A stretch of DNA of 63,912 nucleotides, filler included, from Collodictyon triciliatum (lineage: Eukaryota), in assembly GCA_043381765.1 (NCBI GenBank). It is 6 parts of 6 records of this genome, joined end to end, with 100 filler letters (N's around TTAATTAATTAA, not from the genome) between each part and the next. Parts side by side here need not be neighbours in the genome. Positions count along the whole stretch, not along the records: positions 49,425 to 59,064 come from JBHJMP010001614.1; positions 59,165 to 62,462 come from JBHJMP010001678.1; positions 62,563 to 63,912 come from JBHJMP010001691.1; 3 more parts are not named here. One strand, 5' to 3'. The position numbers and the translations under genes were made by a program. The notes below the pieces were generated by a model. It was not told where the DNA came from. It saw only the letters and a program-made list of their open reading frames with translations, and did no database searches. Shown here one piece after another: positions 58,656 through 63,912 of this stretch. Each line of letters starts with the position of its first letter. Position 1 is the first letter of the stretch.

Positions 58656-59064
58656 GTTATTTCTGTTAGCATATGAATTATGAAAGAGAACTGGAAAACT
58701 GTATTTTATATTAATCTAAGAAACATAAATGTAAGGTTGAACAAGGCATTGAATTATCTTAGACTCAACGCTTTTAACTCACGTCTTGCTCCTCCATCTT
58801 CAAATATTGTAATGTATTGCTTATATTTGAGGATTTTTTCTCCATTTAAATATCACATTTATGACTTCTTACCATTTATCAGCAAGTCGATTTAACAAAT
58901 ACATTTGGTTATGAAGTGATTTATTCCGCTTTCTTTTTTCTTTCGGTAAAATAATTCTGTCACGCAGGAGTGAATTCTGAATTAGTATTATCGTAACTTC
59001 TGTCATCAAACAAAAAAAAAAAAAAAAAAAAAAAAAAAAGGACCACAAAAAAAAAAAATAATAC

Positions 59065-59164
59065 NNNNNNNNNNNNNNNNNNNNNNNNNNNNNNNNNNNN
59101 NNNNNNNNTTAATTAATTAANNNNNNNNNNNNNNNNNNNNNNNNNNNNNNNNNNNNNNNNNNNN
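59065..59164. other. Artificial contig linker
   Basis: N44-TTAATTAATTAA-N44. Confidence 0.95.
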
Positions 59165-59289
59165 AAAAAAAATTAAAAAATAAAAGAAAAAAAAAAAAAA
59201 AAAAAAAAAAAAAAGCATTAAAAATTGACTCGTTGGGTGGCAGGCTAATTTGAAAGATAAAAAATACCATTGAATAAGGTGATATGTAC

Positions 59290-62200
59290 AGTGATTGATT
59301 TGTTGTCGGTTTTCTTAGAATTATGTCAATAACGTCCACAGGAATCGATTGCTAAGTATATTTATTTTTTTATTTTTCAGATTGAAGGAAAGTAAACTGC
59401 ATGTGATGAATAGAAATTCAGATAATAATCGAAGCGAATAAATAAGAAAAATGAAATACCTGAATATCCTGACAAAAGCCTTGGACTATTTCAGAGTCTG
59501 CTTTTCGCGTATTGGACTTTGTCTCATATGGGTGGGTTTCTTGAATATCTGCCGATTGATCCGGACTTTTTGAGCAGACATTTTCTTGGATGTAAAAAAC
59601 TGGATGGGCAATATCATCTCCCAAATTATCTTGAATTTCATCCTTAAATTGGACAAGAGATAGTATCGGACGTAGACAGTAAGATAACAACTGCAAAAGG
59701 ATTTCATCTTGTCTCGTGAATCTATTCATAGCAAGAGTTTATGAGAGCCACACTGTTGGTATGTTATTAAATTTTGAAAGGTCCCATCGTCCTTTAATAA
59801 ACAAGATTTTGTCTTCATTTTTTTGAAATAACATGGTTTTAATTTAACCTGGGCTGCTGATTGTTTCTGTACACTTGAAGAATAGCAACCACCTGCTTTG
59901 AATCGCACTGATATACGCCAACAGAAAGAGCCCTAATGATGCCATTATATGTCGATTGTTACATTCTCTTTTTCGAATGAAATTCGTGAAAGTAAAGACC
60001 ATTGAAATATTTTTGAATGTAGTTTTGAAGTCCTTACGAGTAATCATATTCATTCTGTGATATAAGATCGACACTTTGGTCAAAATGTTTGCTCGTGGAT
60101 ATCTTTGTAGTGTGAAGTAATCTCCCGTTCTTTGCAACATAGCCTGCAATGCCTCTCTGTGATTCAAGTCTGTACGACGTTGACGTGGATGATGAATCGT
60201 CCCCACTGGCGGTCTCGTCTAGAAAGTAAGCTCCATCTTTTTCTTTGAGAAACCTAATAAAAATAAAAATGCTCATCTGCTTTTGTATTATGTAAATATT
60301 AATGTAAAATTAAATCATATAAATTGCATATGGAAAACTTGGGTGTGGAAACACAAACTATAAACTTGAAATATATTTGAAGCCCACCTATTTCCTGAAA
60401 CGTAGAGTTGATGCCGATCAATATCAACTAGGTAAACTGCAGCAACACAGCCCCCGATCAAACTCACAAGACCATCCGTCAGCTAGATTGGGAAGAAAAT
60501 AAACATGTATTTTAATTCATATAGTTATCAAATGGATATACTTTTATGTTAAAAAAATGTATGATTGATTCATGGGCAATTTACTTGTTGGAGAATGTAA
60601 GAAACTCCCTTTGATGGATTCAATTCCGAAGATAATTTAAAAACGTTTCCGATTCGGCTATTCTGGTGCTCGATGGCATGCACTATCCCAAGTTTTGTTG
60701 TGGTGGGACACTTTTCCATGACGTCACGAAGAAAATAAAAGAATTCCTCCGATGAAGAGACGGCAGTTTGCTTTTATTTATTATAAAAAAAAAAGAGATA
60801 TAATGATTAGTTTTCTGATAGAGCATCCTTCTATTGATAAAGTTTTGGTATTGGGAAAACAGTTAGCAGCTTCATGCATAAAACGAAGTGATTTGATTCC
60901 ATCTCATTCAAGTCGATATTAGAATTATACCGGCTTTGATCTTTCGATTTTTGTACCACTTTGCATTTGCTTCAAAGATGCCTCTAGAAATGTTGGATGG
61001 TCGGACATGAACTGATGGACAGATTCTGAAGACATGAATTTTGTTGGTGATGTAACCTTATTGCCTTTGAGAGGAACCTATGTGTTTACAACCAAATCTA
61101 ACTTGAGTCTTCAAATTAATATACAGCAACATTGATGGCAAAAATGTTTAAGAATAGCATCGTGTTATTTTCTCTTAGATATGTGGTCCCTCGGCGTGAT
61201 TATTTGTATAAATTCATCTGTTTTTTTTATACTTCTTCGAATTCCAAATAAAGAGGGGCAAGCTCAGGCGCGTGCAGCCCAAAACTCCTCTTTTTTCTTT
61301 CACTTTCCATTTGCTTAGGTGGTTTTGGAGTAGTATTTTTTACATTTTGACCAGATGTAGAGAAAGAATCTGACACGACAGATGATTTCTATGTTTAAAT
61401 AATAAAAGGATTGATAAATCATTTAGAAGGATTCCAATACGATATCATAGATTTCATAATACTGTGGTTCTAATGATAGACGTGCATTTCAAAAAAAATA
61501 GAGATGCTTACCTGTGAGCGTGCATCAGAAGATACTGATTTGTGGGAATTAACTAGCTCGATACCGTCTGCTCTTAATCGAGACAATTCACCCTGCAATA
61601 GCTGAATAGTTTCCAGGTTCTTCTCGTTCTTTTCTTGTAACTTAACGTACTCGTCCTGTGAATGGTTTTTTTTCTATTTTAAGGGACCGTGTATTGCGCT
61701 TATATTTTTGTGAATTTTATCATGAAATGCGGGGAAAAAAAAAGAAGCAAAAAGATATAAACACAGTAAATGAAAAGGCATGTACATGGAGCTTGTTGTA
61801 GTTGAGTTCGTAAGGTTTAGGAAGCCCTTTCAATTTGTGTTGTAACTAGGGTAATCGATAAGTTTGATTTATTGACCAAACTGTCAATTTTATTAGAAGG
61901 GAATCCAAAGAATATACACAAATAACGAATGGCTGGTGATTTGAAAGTTGCATAAAACTAACGATCGTTAATTTGCTTATCTCTCTTCGGATCTGATTAT
62001 ACTCGGATTTTCGGATGGTGTACATATTTGATTCATGATTTGGATGGTATCCCGTCTCTTTTTTTCCTTTTCCAAGTACTAACCTTGAAAGTAAAGCCGA
62101 AACCTACAGAAAGAGGGGGTTATACATTTTATATGAGATTATTTTAGTTATCTACCACTTCTTATCTCGTGTTGAAATATGACGATGTATTTTTTCTTCA

Positions 62201-62308
62201 GATGAGCTGAAGTGGGATTATAATTGAATGAACCGCTTCTGGGGGTTGGAACAGTTCAGCTTCTGATATATCAGCCTCTTCCAGATCCGTTTCAAGAAAA
62301 GGATCCAT
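59290..62308 (-). CDS. Coiled-coil plus GAF-domain protein (PDE-type GAF), 3'-truncated
   Basis: MDPFLETDLEEAD..., coiled coil DEYVKLQEKNEKNLETIQLLQGELSRL, then GAF AAVYLVD...RGIAGYVAKNGRLL...HFDQSVD...VVAILQVYRN...FTRQDEILLQLL. Confidence 0.8.
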
Positions 62309-62462
62309 CCTAATAAAAAAAAAAAAAAAAAAAAAGGAAGGGGGAAAAAAAAAAAAAAAAAAAAAAAGAGAGAGTGATGATTATATCGAAGTGAAACAGG
62401 AGGAGGCTGTAAAACGAATGAAGAATCGGATATTCCAAAAAAAAAAAAAAGGAAATAAAAAT

Positions 62463-62562
62463 NNNNNNNNNNNNNNNNNNNNNNNNNNNNNNNNNNNNNN
62501 NNNNNNTTAATTAATTAANNNNNNNNNNNNNNNNNNNNNNNNNNNNNNNNNNNNNNNNNNNN
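62463..62562. other. Artificial contig linker
   Basis: N44-TTAATTAATTAA-N44. Confidence 0.95.
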
Positions 62563-63198
62563 TTTCTTTTCTTTCCCTCGTCAAAGAAGCCCATCCTGAG
62601 CGGCCTTTGTGCTTGGGCGTGTAATCCGTCTGGTTGGCTCGGTTGTTTTCGTTCGCACTGCTTTGCTTTTCGCTTTTCACTGATTCGCACGGATTCTGCT
62701 TTGCGTTTGTGTGGATCGCCCAAATGTTGCGTTGTCCGAATGCGCGTCGAGGCAATAGGATCGAATTCTTTCGGGCTTGTGGTCGCTTCTAAATTTGGAC
62801 ATTTGTGTGGTTTTCGTCTCTGAATGCGTTTTGGAAATGCGTTAAATTATCACCTGATTGTGGGATTTTGTCGACATCTTACTTTTGTGGACTATTCCAT
62901 TTCAGCGAAGGGCGTAGGCTGAGTGGATTGCGTAAGATACAGCCAACCCGTCCGACTTCCTTCTCTGCAGCCGATCCCGCAAGGGAATGATCGAAGCTTG
63001 TTTCTTGGGGTTTCTGGCTTGGTTCACAGGCTGCTGAATGCTGCTTTCGCTGGGCCTCAAGAAGCTTGCTTTGGAGAGGAAAAGTGAACTCAAAAGAAAG
63101 AAAATAAACAAGTTCTGGTGTCGTTTGGCGTTTGTCAAAATATAGCGAGTCCCACTGATCATCACCCCTGAAACAGCTCAAGAACTCGTCTCTCTGCC

Positions 63199-63489
63199 AT
63201 GAAAAAAGCCAAAGGAAAAGCGGTCGAAGAACCCCGCGTTGATGTAATGCCGTATTCGTTAGGCTACAATCCTACATGAATATATTCCTCACAAATCTCA
63301 GTCGTGGTTTCATATAATTATGTATCTCAACTCAACTTAAATGCTTTTCTGTCTACAACTCAGCTGGATGTCATCCAAACCCTGAAAAGCATCTATCATG
63401 AGCGAATCAAACCCTTGGAAACCACCTATAACTTCACAGACTTCCACTCTTCTCCCCTGAAGGACTCTGACTTTGACGCAAAGCCCATG
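63199..63489 (+). CDS. EHD1: EH-domain dynamin-like ATPase EHD/RME-1, exons 1-2 (63199-63243, 63364-63489); continues beyond the window
   Basis: VIQTLKSIYHERIKPLETTYNFTDFHSSPLKDSDFDAKPM matches the EHD N-terminus preceding the P-loop. Confidence 0.93.
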
Positions 63490-63912
63490 GTATGTCTCTC
63501 ATTGCTTGCTTCACTCGTGAAGGTGTATTGTGTTCGTTTGCTGGAAATATAATGCCGAATGTAGCCTAGTTTTTTTTTTTAATATCAAGACCCGTTTTTC
63601 TTTTCTTCTTTTTCTATTTCTTTTCTTTCTTTTCTTTTCTTTTCTTTTCTTTTCTTTTCTTTTTCCTTTTCTTTTTCCTTTTCTTTTAAATTCATTTTAT
63701 TTTCTTTTATTTTCTTTGCTTTTTTCTTTTCTTTTTTCTTTTCTTTTTTCTTTTATTTTTCTTTTTCTTTTTCTTTTCTTTTTTCTTTTCTTTNNNNNNN
63801 NNNNNNNNNNNNNNNNNNNNNNNNNNNTTTTTCTTTTCTTTTTTCTTTTCTTTTTTTCTTTTCTTTTTTTCTTTTCTTTTTTTCTTTTCTTTTTTTCTTT
63901 TCTTTTTTTCTT

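Overview
Intron-dense genomic DNA from a flagellated, mitochondriate eukaryote (probably a protist) using the standard genetic code. It is not one locus: five artificial N44-TTAATTAATTAA-N44 linkers join six unrelated contigs. Reconstructing exons by hand on both strands gives these recognisable genes: separase, RPS30, the last exon of VPS26, AK9, PIN4, mitochondrial EF-Tu, an RDH/WWOX-type SDR, IFT70/TTC30, U2SURP/SR140 and EHD. Several unusual genes are largely or wholly missed by the ORF track. The top candidate is a complete 12-exon gene (13227-15400, minus) encoding an MGCxxS acylation motif, a RAD18-like RING finger and a lone C-terminal DUSP domain. Others are an AK9 with a ~700-aa N-terminal extension carrying an EF-hand-like domain, a membrane adenylyl-cyclase-like protein lacking its catalytic residues, a tandem RyR-repeat protein, an internally duplicated polytopic membrane protein and a divergent chaperonin. 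Genome-level patterns include weak splice signals with strand-biased T-rich intronic microsatellites, and GC-rich, intron-poor peaks at two convergent gene ends. All gene models are manual, and family calls come from motif recall rather than database searches.
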